Source: Lachnospiraceae bacterium (GTDB lineage Bacteria > Bacillota > Clostridia > Lachnospirales > Lachnospiraceae). Taken from it: a stretch of DNA of 46,709 bases. This document shows positions 9,534-17,446 of this stretch, in pieces. The position numbers and the translations under genes were made by a program. The notes under the pieces are model-generated. The model was given only the letters and a program-made list of their open reading frames with translations, made no database searches and was not told where the DNA came from. The DNA lies in the NCBI GenBank assembly GCA_900770325.1, contig CAAGKE010000112.1, forward strand, positions 1 through 46,709, written 5' to 3'. The number at the start of each line of letters is the position of its first letter. Within the stretch, counting starts at the first letter, position 1.

Positions 9534-9836
9534 GTGTTTATTAAGGGCTATGGAGGGTCACTATTTAATATGGCCCAAATTGCATCCATTTTTTATGGGA
9601 CGCAGACGGGAAGTATCAGAGCAGATATGGCAAACGGTAGAAATGCCACGATTTCTGAACGCATGACAGAAGAAGAAGGGAGAATCTGCCTGGAACTTAT
9701 CTCTGGTGATATCGAGAGAGGGAAAGAGCTTATCATCTGCCCTAGCCCAGAGAAGATCAGGGCGGCAATTGCTAACGGGGAAAACCGGTGGCACCACGCA
9801 ACAGGAAAGAAAACAAAAGGGCACGGAGGTTCGTGA
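9534..9836 (+). CDS. hypothetical protein
   Basis: GTG start after GGGAGGTAA. 100 aa. Confidence 0.6.
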   Translation: MFIKGYGGSLFNMAQIASIFYGTQTGSIRADMANGRNATISERMTEEEGRICLELISGDIERGKELIICPSPEKIRAAIANGENRWHHATGKKTKGHGGS

Positions 9837-10105
9837 TGGAAATTGGATATTGCATTGACTGCAAAGAATTGAACTATGCAAGTACGAGCCGAAATGGGGT
9901 ATTTGAACGGGCCAATATGAGCAACAACCATATCGGACACAGACAGATTGTATTCAGCAAACCAAATCATTACACGCCTCCGATCTGCAACGTACTCACA
10001 AAAATTCAGGCAGGAGCAAGGATTAGCAACAATGAAATAGTTCTGTTCAAACTGGCGATTGATATGGGCGATCTAGAAGAAGAATTTTCTGAGGTAATAG
10101 ATTGA
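9836..10105 (+). CDS. hypothetical protein
   Basis: The ATG overlaps the upstream TGA (GTGATGG). RBS is GGAGGT. Confidence 0.6.
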   Translation: MEIGYCIDCKELNYASTSRNGVFERANMSNNHIGHRQIVFSKPNHYTPPICNVLTKIQAGARISNNEIVLFKLAIDMGDLEEEFSEVID

Positions 10106-10202
10106 GATTTGAGTTGATGTTTAAGATTCAAATTGAGTTTTATCGCTTGAATTAAAGTTGAGTTAAAGTTGATGAGTTAAATTGAGATTGGAGAGTGACA
10201 AA

Positions 10203-10562
10203 ATGAGAGCAACGTGCGAAATTATTGCAGACCTTAAAGATGGGAAAGAGGTTCCGTATGAGGAACTTAAAATGGCCTGCCTGGTACAGTCAAGTATTAT
10301 TTTTTTCTACCAGAGGGACACAGCGAATCTGATAAAAGGCGGTATTGGAGCAGATCTTGTGAAGCAGATGAATTATAAAGATGATAAAACATCATCAAAA
10401 GAGTTAGGGTATCCGTCGTGGTATTGGAACGCGATTCACAAAGATCCGATAGAATATCTTGGCCCGAATTGGATTCCCGGAACGCCGGAATGGGAAAGAA
10501 TGCATTCGGCCAACATGAAGATACTTGATAATGTTATGAAAATTCATGATTCACAAAATTGA
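10203..10562 (+). CDS. hypothetical protein
   Basis: ATG after GGAGAG. 119 aa. Confidence 0.65.
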   Translation: MRATCEIIADLKDGKEVPYEELKMACLVQSSIIFFYQRDTANLIKGGIGADLVKQMNYKDDKTSSKELGYPSWYWNAIHKDPIEYLGPNWIPGTPEWERMHSANMKILDNVMKIHDSQN

Positions 10563-10580
10563 GGTTTAGTGGAGGACGAC

Positions 10581-10862
10581 ATGTGGCAAGAACTGGAAGA
10601 TGAATTTGGACTGTTTCTGGATGATATGAAACGGAATGAGACCCTTTGTAGATATATTGATGAGGATGAATATGAAGATGATTATTCTCACAATGAGATT
10701 GGAGAATGTCAGGATAGATTCATCCATAGAGTTAAAAAATGGCTTCATGAAAACAAACCAGGACAGTATATTGTGACAAGTGGCTGGTGTGTTTTTGTTA
10801 TGACCATTGATGAAGCTCGTAAAAGGAATTTGATTAATTGGGAAAGCATAGTTGTGAGCTAA
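10581..10862 (+). CDS. hypothetical acidic protein
   Basis: ATG after GTGGAGGA. Confidence 0.6.
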   Translation: MWQELEDEFGLFLDDMKRNETLCRYIDEDEYEDDYSHNEIGECQDRFIHRVKKWLHENKPGQYIVTSGWCVFVMTIDEARKRNLINWESIVVS

Positions 10863-10900
10863 ACTGAAATTTTAAAGGTGTTCCTTGAAAGGAGTATAAC

Positions 10901-11053
10901 ATGGCAATTAGTAAAAGAGATATTGCAATATTAGATTTTATGGCTAAACAAGATAGAGGACTTCTTACCGAGGAAGATTGGAAAGAAATGGAAGAATTAC
11001 AGAAAGATAATGAGAATTGGCAAACATTTAAAGAAGTAATGAAAGATGCGTAA
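10901..11053 (+). CDS. small hypothetical protein (50 aa)
   Basis: Hand-found: MAISKRDIAILDFMAKQDRG..., after AAAGGAG. Confidence 0.5.
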   Translation: MAISKRDIAILDFMAKQDRGLLTEEDWKEMEELQKDNENWQTFKEVMKDA

Positions 11054-11213
11054 GAGAAACATTCTATTTAAAAACAAAAGGAAAAATTGAGATTTGAGGT
11101 TAATCAACAAAACTGAAATTTAGGAGAGTAGAGGAGCCTAAGCCCCTCTACTCCCTACCAGGACCGTCGCGGCGCTCTTTGGATGGTTCCGGCAGCGAAT
11201 GAGGATGTGCGAT

Positions 11214-11378
11214 ATGAGAAAATCAGTATTTAAGGTTGGACAAAGATATACTTATCCATCGAAAGAACTTTGCATTAAAGTGTCTAAAAAAGCAAAAGAA
11301 GAGGGTTTTCAAGTCAGATACGGGATAAGCGATTTCGGTTCATATTATTTTGAAATTATAGACCCGTTTGAAGAGTAA
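11214..11378 (+). CDS. small hypothetical protein (54 aa)
   Basis: Hand-found: MRKSVFKVGQRYTYPSKELC..., after GAGGA. Confidence 0.5.
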   Translation: MRKSVFKVGQRYTYPSKELCIKVSKKAKEEGFQVRYGISDFGSYYFEIIDPFEE

Positions 11379-11486
11379 AGGACGGAGCAATATGGAAATG
11401 CCGTTAATGGTAGCGGTCGGTATCAGGATTACGGTCAAACATGGTGATCACCTCCGGTTGTAGTATGGCCGGAGGTGCGTAAAAGT

Positions 11487-11597
11487 ATGAGGAGGCATTT
11501 AAGTGGCACAGGCGGGTGTTATTGTAGCTGCCAGCGTAGGGCTGGTGGCGGTATTGATCAGATGGATGCTAAAGTGAGGAGGAAAGCAGAGATATGA
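11487..11597 (+). CDS. tiny hypothetical protein (36 aa); an alternative 24-aa hydrophobic peptide lies at 11503..11577 in another frame
   Basis: The ATG is 9 nt after GGAGGTG and the stop overlaps the next ATG (ATGA). The competing GTG ORF, MAQAGVIVAASVGLVAVLIRWMLK, follows GAGGAGG. I cannot choose between them. Confidence 0.3.
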   Translation: MRRHLSGTGGCYCSCQRRAGGGIDQMDAKVRRKAEI

Positions 11598-12304
11598 GTT
11601 ATGATGATTTTTATGAACCGAGTGAGTTTGATGAAAAGGTTGAAGAATTTAAGGATTATCTCCGTAAATCGGTAAAGGAAGAAACCCAAGAACTGATTGA
11701 AAAATTGCAAAAGGAGAATAATGAGCTTCGCGGGGTTAGAGATAACTGGAATAAAGTAAAGCGAGGATATGAAGAAAAACAACGGGAGTTGCAAAGAGAA
11801 ATAGAAGCCTGCAAAGCCAATGCTGCACGTATGAGACTGGATGAGCTGTTTGAGGCAACTGGAATGAATGTAATTCTTTGGATGCCGAGAATTAAAGCTG
11901 TTTGTAAACCCAAATGCGGCAAGTGCGATAAGGCCAGGCTTATTCATTTTAAATCTCCGTCAGGGAAAGACTGTACAGAAAACTGCCAATGCGCAAAAAT
12001 ATTTTATAAATATAGTCCTAAACCGTATTATCTCAGCGAATTTAGAATTAATCATCAAACTGGAAAGGGTGAACTTCCGCTTTTGATGTGGTTCAAAAAA
12101 TACAGTGATTATAGCAGTGATTATGACGGATATACATACGATAGTAGCAATTTGTGCAAATTTGTTTATGGCGGTGAAAATTTTGAAGCATTATCTGAAA
12201 AAAAAGGTGATATCTATTTCCGGGAAGAAGAGAAGTGCCGAGAATATTGCGAGTATTTGAATAAAATGAATGGTATCACGGATGATATGACGGAAAAAGA
12301 TTGA
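11594..12304 (+). CDS. hypothetical protein, N-terminal coiled coil and Cys-rich centre
   Basis: 236 aa. EELIEKLQKENNELRGV... is followed by CKPKCGKCDKA...CTENCQC. Confidence 0.75.
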   Translation: MSYDDFYEPSEFDEKVEEFKDYLRKSVKEETQELIEKLQKENNELRGVRDNWNKVKRGYEEKQRELQREIEACKANAARMRLDELFEATGMNVILWMPRIKAVCKPKCGKCDKARLIHFKSPSGKDCTENCQCAKIFYKYSPKPYYLSEFRINHQTGKGELPLLMWFKKYSDYSSDYDGYTYDSSNLCKFVYGGENFEALSEKKGDIYFREEEKCREYCEYLNKMNGITDDMTEKD

Positions 12305-12452
12305 TAAAAATCCGGTTGACGAATATCTGCCGAAGGCTTTATACGGCTGCATGCTGGTGTGACCGATATTCAGTAACACTGATCTGAATCCGGGCAAACC
12401 GTGAGGAAAATGTCATCAGAAACTAGATCGGATGATTTTGAGGAGGGATTAG

Positions 12453-12761
12453 ATGAAAGAGAAAATCGAGGCTCTGGTCAATCAGTCGTTGGAAAATGAC
12501 AAGGTAAGACCACCGAGAAGTAATTTTGAATCATGCGCCTTTGCATTTTGTGAATTTGAAAAAGTCGAGGGAAAGCATGAGGAAGTGCGATCGGCCATAA
12601 AGAACGCATGGAAGTCAACGACATCCGGAGCCAAAAAGGATACAATCGAAATCAGATTCAGAACCATTTACAAGGTATCCTTGGAATTGGCAGTGAAGGC
12701 AGTGGAGCTGGCAATCATGGCGCAGCGCATTCTACAGACTGTGAAGGAGGAACGGAAGTGA
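12453..12761 (+). CDS. hypothetical protein
   Basis: ATG after GAGGAGGG. 102 aa. Confidence 0.65.
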   Translation: MKEKIEALVNQSLENDKVRPPRSNFESCAFAFCEFEKVEGKHEEVRSAIKNAWKSTTSGAKKDTIEIRFRTIYKVSLELAVKAVELAIMAQRILQTVKEERK

Positions 12762-13399
12762 GAGATACCATGAAAGAATATCTCATACAGGGCGCGGAAT
12801 TTGTGGGAGAATTTGGGATGCCCCAGTTAATCCCGGTACATATCGTAGAGGAACCGAAAAACCCGATTCCGTATGGCAGCGGTAAGTCGTGCAAGAATCC
12901 CAGGGAATCAATTCTTCATTTCTTTGTTGATGATGAAAAATTTACCGGGATATGGAGCGACCCTGATAAATACTTAGGCCTTCTTCAGATGTTCCAATAT
13001 GTCTGCACGCCGGATTTTTCCATGTATGCGGATATGCCAAGAGCTATGCAGATCTGGAATTGTTACCGGAATCGGGCGCTGGCCTATTATCTCCAGAAGA
13101 ATGGGGTAAACATCATACCTACTGCCGGCTGGAGTGATAGAGGAAGCTTTAAATGGTGTTTTGATGGGCTGCCCAGTGAGAGCGCCATAGCGGTAAGCAA
13201 TAACGGGTGTTTATCCGAAAAAGGGAGGCTTTATTTTGAATTGGGTATGCGCTTCCTAATTGCCACATTGAAGCCTGAGCGAATTATTCTGATCGGAAAG
13301 CCCATTGAGCAAGGAACTTTTGGGGACATTCCGATAGTTTGTCTGGACGGATTCAGCCAGCAGATGCGAAAAAGAATGGAGGCCCAAAATGGGAGGTAG
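12758..13399 (+). CDS. DUF4417-like protein
   Basis: GTG start 7 nt after AAGGAGG, with a GTGA overlap. LHFFVDDEKF..W..P, TPDFSMYADMP...QIWN.YRNRA..YYLQKNG.N.IPT..W resembles what I remember of DUF4417. Confidence 0.7.
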   Translation: MRDTMKEYLIQGAEFVGEFGMPQLIPVHIVEEPKNPIPYGSGKSCKNPRESILHFFVDDEKFTGIWSDPDKYLGLLQMFQYVCTPDFSMYADMPRAMQIWNCYRNRALAYYLQKNGVNIIPTAGWSDRGSFKWCFDGLPSESAIAVSNNGCLSEKGRLYFELGMRFLIATLKPERIILIGKPIEQGTFGDIPIVCLDGFSQQMRKRMEAQNGR

Positions 13400-13544
13400 A
13401 AATGCATACGGAACCCGGAGAAAGAACCAAGGAGATAACCGGGAACGCAAGAGAATCAAGAACAAGAAAGTCCTGAATACCCGGAAGAAATTTGATGAAA
13501 CAAACGTTTTGAAAACTTCCACAAAACGAAAAGTTCAGCAATAG
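13389..13544 (+). CDS. small very basic hypothetical protein (51 aa)
   Basis: Hand-found: MGGRNAYGTRRKNQGDNRERKRIKNKK... It overlaps the upstream stop. Confidence 0.4.
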   Translation: MGGRNAYGTRRKNQGDNRERKRIKNKKVLNTRKKFDETNVLKTSTKRKVQQ

Positions 13545-13572
13545 AAACCTATTGTGAATTTATGACTATTAA

Positions 13573-13636
13573 AATCCGCGAGAGCTCTTTTTCCATTTCC
13601 GGAAAATTTTTTTGAGAGTTCTGGCGGATTTTTTGC
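13573..13636 (+). terminator. intrinsic terminator closing the early + strand operon
   Basis: Arms 13573-13589 and 13614-13630 pair as 7+9 bp around one mismatch. TTTTTT follows. Confidence 0.6.
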
Positions 13637-13947
13637 CATTTTTATAATTAACTGAAAATACACTTAATTATCATACAATTATGAATAGATCACCAAAAGC
13701 CAGGATGACCCCAGAGGCTGATGGATGGTCATATGGCAAGGGCGGGGCAGGGATGCACAGAACACCCTGCGGAACGCACCAGAAGCCATACAAAGTCGCT
13801 TTAATGCCTCCGGTAGAAAATCCCTAGTATATCCAAAATATACGCCTTTATGGGGGTTTTGTCAATGCAAAAACTCTGTGCCTGCAATGCGGTTACGCAT
13901 CAGCAGACACAAAGATTTTTTAATACCATACATATTATCAAAACAAG

Positions 13948-13984
13948 AAAAGGCCGGCGATGTTATTCCCGGTCGGCCTTTTTG
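13948..13984. terminator. A/T-flanked GC hairpin, likely terminator for the minus-strand gene 14008..14304
   Basis: AAAAGGCCGgcgatgttattcccggtCGGCCTTTTT. Confidence 0.5.
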
Positions 13985-14007
13985 ATTAGATTACTGCTCA
14001 AGCGATT

Positions 14008-14304
14008 TTATTGCCAGAAGTCAGGGATGTATACTTTGACTGACTCTGATCCCGATACGCTTTTTACAATACCTTCGTATACTTCGATGTTTTCCACTTC
14101 TGGGTCAACGCCTTCGGCTCCGCCATCAATAATCGCATCGTATACATGTTCTGCCTCGTCCTTGATGTCTCTGAGGCTCTGCATACCCATGTAGTGCAAA
14201 TCATAACTATCAAGATCACGGGTCGCATCAATTACGGTGGTGCCGTAATCGGCACCCACAACAACATACTCTCTATCGGTTAATTCTGATAACAACTTAA
14301 ACAT
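14008..14304 (-). CDS. small strongly acidic hypothetical protein (98 aa)
   Basis: Strong RBS (AAAGGAGAAAATATG on the minus strand). About 22 Asp/Glu versus about 7 Lys/Arg by my count. Confidence 0.75.
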   Translation of the reverse strand: MFKLLSELTDREYVVVGADYGTTVIDATRDLDSYDLHYMGMQSLRDIKDEAEHVYDAIIDGGAEGVDPEVENIEVYEGIVKSVSGSESVKVYIPDFWQ

Positions 14305-14376
14305 ATTTTCTCCTTTCTCTGGCGATAAGATTGCGATCTAACACTGGCTAAACAGATCGCCAAGTTATTTGCGAAT

Positions 14377-14405
14377 ATTATACTATTTATCCCGGAAAAC
14401 AACAA
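14377..14405 (-). promoter_or_regulatory. sigma-70-like promoter for 14008..14304
   Basis: On the minus strand, TTGTTG (14405-14400), a 17-nt spacer, then TATAAT (14382-14377). Confidence 0.45.
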
Positions 14406-14976
14406 GACATTTTCCGGAGGCCCGCGTGTGTGTTGCCTCATGGGGCCTTACCTCCTCTATACATGATTTTTTGCATAACACAAGCCGCCACCCGTCTGCG
14501 CCCCGTCTCGCAGCTTATAGGACAGTGCTTGTATTATGCAGGATGCTATCGCGCAACCATTAAGCGCCGGATCACGTCACCGGGGCGGGGATGGGTTAAT
14601 GAGTTGCCGGCTTGCATTGGGGCGTAGACGGGTACAGATACCCTTTGCAAGTGCTTTGTTTTGCCGTTTTAACCGGTTGGCTTCCGGTGCACTGTCATTG
14701 TTTTGTGTCCGCGCTTGACACGATGCTAGGACGGTTTTATACGCCGCTTTCCTGGTCTCGTGCGGCTGTCTGGATGGTTACAGCACCAGATTAGCCTGGG
14801 AATCTATAGCCGGCTTCCCGGCGTCCTTTCCCTCACCGCGATTATTTACCGCGTGCGGCGCTCGGAGCGTCGATAATGACGCTTGACTAGCTCATATCAT
14901 CCCTGTAAGACAGGGGAATTCCGCTTTGCCTTCTGACGGTCGCCGGACTGGATACCGGAAAGCGGTATTTTGTTTT
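14391..14976 (+). ncRNA. Candidate large structured ncRNA (about 0.58 kb, class unknown; size and context recall ROOL/GOLLD-type phage RNAs)
   Basis: ORF-free, GC-rich block. A 14-bp long-range helix pairs 14491-14504 with 14619-14632. At least 11 more local helices are listed in the finding. G-U wobbles and a terminal hairpin plus U-tract (14921-14976) favour the + sense. Boundaries are good to about +/-30 nt. Confidence 0.5.
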
Positions 14977-15021
14977 AATATTCGAAAAAAAGCTGCTCTT
15001 TTACTGTTTATTTCTGTTTTT

Positions 15022-15051
15022 AATAAAAGCAATCCGGGGAAATGCGCCCGG
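15022..15051 (-). terminator. possible terminator after 15071..15661
   Basis: On the minus strand, CCGGGcgcatttcCCCGG followed by ATTGCTTTTATT. Confidence 0.4.
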
Positions 15052-15070
15052 TTCGTTCCATACCAAATAT

Positions 15071-15661
15071 TTAGTAGTACCAACTTTCGTACAATGTTTC
15101 ACCGCCGTACTTGTAAGCGTTGCAAAAACTAGATACCTCAAATTGTGGGTTGTTCCTGCTATCTTGGTGATAGCTCTTTAACCGCTTTAAGTCTCCGTTT
15201 TCTTGGTCTTTAATAAAAACAGAATATTCTTTTGACGGTAGTATTTCATTTGATAATTTATAGGTTCTATCTGCCGACATTCCGCAAGTCGCATCTTCAT
15301 TTATTATTTGGGGGTAAACTTCGCGGACTCTTACGGATTTTTTGCCAACCAAGGCAATAACCTGGAAAAATGTTGTATTTGTCTGCTCGTATCCCCATGA
15401 AGAACAAAACAGATCTCCAACTTTTACATTAAAATCAAATTCCTGTGCTTTCTTGGGCTTTGATTTCGGTTCTGCCATTTCTCCATTCAATGCCTTTTCG
15501 ATTTCCTCACGTTCTGCGAACCCGTACCAAACAGATTTTTTAGGGTTCCATCTGAACTTGAAACCTTTCAAAATATTTCTAATTTCTTCACTTGGTTTGT
15601 CTGTGAAACTGATTTCTAACGAGTTGAATCTCTCATTGATTGTGATTAGATAACCACCCAT
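15071..15661 (-). CDS. hypothetical protein
   Basis: I chose the ATG at MGGYLITINERF..., and the ORF is open to a TTG at 15769. The N-terminal ISFTDKPSEEIRNILKGFKFRWNPKKSVWYG resembles a small domain seen on mobile-element proteins, but I cannot name the family. Confidence 0.7.
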   Translation of the reverse strand: MGGYLITINERFNSLEISFTDKPSEEIRNILKGFKFRWNPKKSVWYGFAEREEIEKALNGEMAEPKSKPKKAQEFDFNVKVGDLFCSSWGYEQTNTTFFQVIALVGKKSVRVREVYPQIINEDATCGMSADRTYKLSNEILPSKEYSVFIKDQENGDLKRLKSYHQDSRNNPQFEVSSFCNAYKYGGETLYESWYY

Positions 15662-15752
15662 ACAATCACCTTTAACCTTTCTTTTGTCTTTCCTTCTGGG
15701 AAATTCCGGCGGTTGCTTTGACGCTACGGCTGTACCGCCGCCGGCAGGGGAA

Positions 15753-15950
15753 TTAAAACTCAATTCCAAACTCTTCTTTTAACAGGACCTCAAAATCCGG
15801 GGCCAGTTCGGAGTATCTTCTGAGGAACTCCTCGTTTGTGCAAGGAGCCAGCTCCATGTGAACCTGTTCTCTGACCTCATCATCCATGCAACATACGATT
15901 GCATCCATTAAATTGTTACTAATTGCTGTTCCTTCTCCAAATCTCGTCAT
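15753..15950 (-). CDS. small hypothetical protein (65 aa)
   Basis: Strong RBS (AAAAGGAGGAAAACACAATG on the minus strand). Confidence 0.7.
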   Translation of the reverse strand: MTRFGEGTAISNNLMDAIVCCMDDEVREQVHMELAPCTNEEFLRRYSELAPDFEVLLKEEFGIEF

Positions 15951-15995
15951 TGTGTTTTCCTCCTTTTAATTTTGGTTGATTGTGTATCTCTTATC

Positions 15996-16093
15996 TATGT
16001 ACCCATTATATAATATATGTACCCATTAGACAAGAGGCATAATTAACAAATATGTACCCAATATATTAGTAATTATGCACTATGTACCCAATA
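15996..16093 (+). promoter_or_regulatory. Four direct 13-bp operator-like repeats TATGTACCCA(T/A)TA in the divergent control region
   Basis: Copies lie at 15996-16008, 16016-16028, 16051-16063 and 16081-16093, with spacings of 20, 35 and 30 bp. They sit between divergent genes 15753..15950 (-) and 16133..16330 (+). Confidence 0.65.
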
Positions 16094-16132
16094 TAAAAAA
16101 TGTGGTATCCTTAAAAGATAGAAAGGAGTGAT

Positions 16133-16330
16133 ATGATGCCGGTATCGGAAGCACAGCAGAAAGCGGTAAATAAATACCTTAAGAATAATTTTGACGACAT
16201 CAAAACCAGGGTCCCGAAGGGTAAGAGGGAAGAATATAAGGATAGGGCACGCGAACTGGGCTACGAGAGTTTTAATAATTTTGTTGTCCAAGCAATCGAG
16301 GAAAAGCTGGAAAGAGAGGGCAATGTGTGA
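16133..16330 (+). CDS. ribbon-helix-helix (Arc/CopG-like) DNA-binding protein
   Basis: 65 aa. A beta-strand-like IKTRVPKG is followed by two helices, REEYKDRARELGY and SFNNFVVQAIEEKLERE. RBS is AAAGGAG. Confidence 0.7.
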   Translation: MMPVSEAQQKAVNKYLKNNFDDIKTRVPKGKREEYKDRARELGYESFNNFVVQAIEEKLEREGNV

Positions 16331-16953
16331 GCAACAGGGCAATAAGAGTTTGCAAGACCTGCGGCAAGCCTTTTCGCGGGTCTGGGGACCGGTTTTACTG
16401 CCCAGAGTGCGCGACGCTGCGGAAAATCGACGCCGTTGTTAAAATCCGTATTTGTCAGGATTGCGGAGTCGAATTTAGCGGAGGGCCCACGGCGAGGCGT
16501 TGCCCAGATTGTGCATATAAAGCGCGGCTCGAGGATGGCAGGAAGCACAAAAAGCAAGGGACGGCGCGCCCGATCGGCAGCACTGATACTTGCAAGGTTT
16601 GCGGATCACAGTACACCGTTATGTCTGGCAGGCAAAAATATTGCTCTAATGGTTGCATGCGTAAAGCGTTGCTGGATAAACAGAGAGAGTATAAGGCATC
16701 CTATAACAAGATGTCCGGACAGGATGCCAAAAAGCGAGATAATCGCGCATCCGTAAAAAAGGTGTGCAGCTATTGCCAGAGGACATTTACAAGCCATACT
16801 CCAGCGCGCTTTTGCTCAGAGTATTGCAGATCAGAGCAAAATAAGCTCTTGCAATGTATAAGAGACATTAACAGGGGCAAAAAAAGAGACCTGCAAAAAT
16901 ATGAGGATAAGCGGAGGGAGTACCGCGAGGAGGTCAAAGCGGGCAAAGCATAA
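16327..16953 (+). CDS. multi-zinc-ribbon protein
   Basis: Five CxxC...CxxC-type units (CKTCGK..CPEC, CQDCG..CPDC, CKVCG..CSNGC, CSYCQ..CSEYC). GTGA overlap with the upstream gene. Confidence 0.7.
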   Translation: MSNRAIRVCKTCGKPFRGSGDRFYCPECATLRKIDAVVKIRICQDCGVEFSGGPTARRCPDCAYKARLEDGRKHKKQGTARPIGSTDTCKVCGSQYTVMSGRQKYCSNGCMRKALLDKQREYKASYNKMSGQDAKKRDNRASVKKVCSYCQRTFTSHTPARFCSEYCRSEQNKLLQCIRDINRGKKRDLQKYEDKRREYREEVKAGKA

Positions 16954-17040
16954 CCAGAGAGGCCAGCGCGTTCTGATCCTTTGCTTTTGCCAAAAATGGC
17001 ACAATCTGAAACCGTATATTTTATTTTTTAATCGTTTTGG

Positions 17041-17075
17041 TTGTAAAAAAGTACATTTTGGTATATCCTTATAAT
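17041..17075 (+). promoter_or_regulatory. possible promoter of the XRE-type gene
   Basis: TTGTAA at 17041 with TGgTATATC and TATAAT (17070) downstream. The spacing is ambiguous. Confidence 0.35.
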
Positions 17076-17110
17076 CACAAAGCCGCTTGAGGCGTCAGGA
17101 GGGCGGAAAA

Positions 17111-17341
17111 ATGTTTATAGATGGTATCCGCTGCCTGATGGCTAAGCGGGACAATATGAGGGCGTCAGAGCTTGCAAGACGACTGGGCGAGAGCCCCCAG
17201 AACTTTAACAAGAGATTGCAGCGAGGGAGCATAAAAGACAAGGACTTGCTCCAGATCGCCAAGGTAACAGATTGCAAATTTAGATATAGTTTTGTCGATG
17301 CCAAGACAGGCAAGGCAATCTATACAGAGACGCTGGAGTAA
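17111..17341 (+). CDS. XRE/Cro-like helix-turn-helix regulator
   Basis: MRASELARRLGESPQNFNKRLQRGS is a typical HTH. The ATG follows AGGAGGG. Confidence 0.7.
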   Translation: MFIDGIRCLMAKRDNMRASELARRLGESPQNFNKRLQRGSIKDKDLLQIAKVTDCKFRYSFVDAKTGKAIYTETLE

Positions 17342-17388
17342 TACAGATCCCGGGCGTAGCCCCGGGTAAAACAGAATATATTTGTGTA

Positions 17389-17429
17389 GCGCTTATTCGG
17401 GCAAAAACTGGATAGGCGCTTTTTATTTT
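17389..17429 (+). terminator. intrinsic terminator
   Basis: GCGCTTAT (17389-96) pairs with ATAGGCGC (17412-19), with one U-G pair. TTTTTATTTT follows. Confidence 0.6.
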
Positions 17430-17446
17430 GGGGAGGAGGCCGGGAG

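Larger units (their letters stand above)
9425..11091 (+). repeat. Dispersed same-orientation octamer AAATTGAG (extended AAATTGAG(A/G)TTT(A/G)G) at gene junctions
   Basis: Exact copies start at 9425, 9472, 10130, 10179, 10556 and 11084, and ATTGAGATTTGAG is at 10101. Related AAACTGAAATTT is at 10861 and 11110. Confidence 0.7.

Noticed and set aside
13681-14194. Short ORFs in the 13640-14000 spacer (for example 13725..13985, 13850..14194, and a 45-aa ORF at 13681)
   Set aside because: They lack RBSs and run across two terminators and into the antisense of 14008..14304. The spacer has a few hairpins (13749-54/13767-72, 13882-13906), but I could not build a convincing RNA or protein case.
14369-14794. 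Four overlapping 60-65-aa + strand ORFs (14369..14563, 14430..14627, 14536..14718, 14612..14794) inside the GC-rich block
   Set aside because: None has an RBS. They overlap one another in different frames and have Arg/Cys/Pro/Trp-rich low-complexity compositions typical of random frames in GC-rich structured RNA. The region is better explained by base-pairing.
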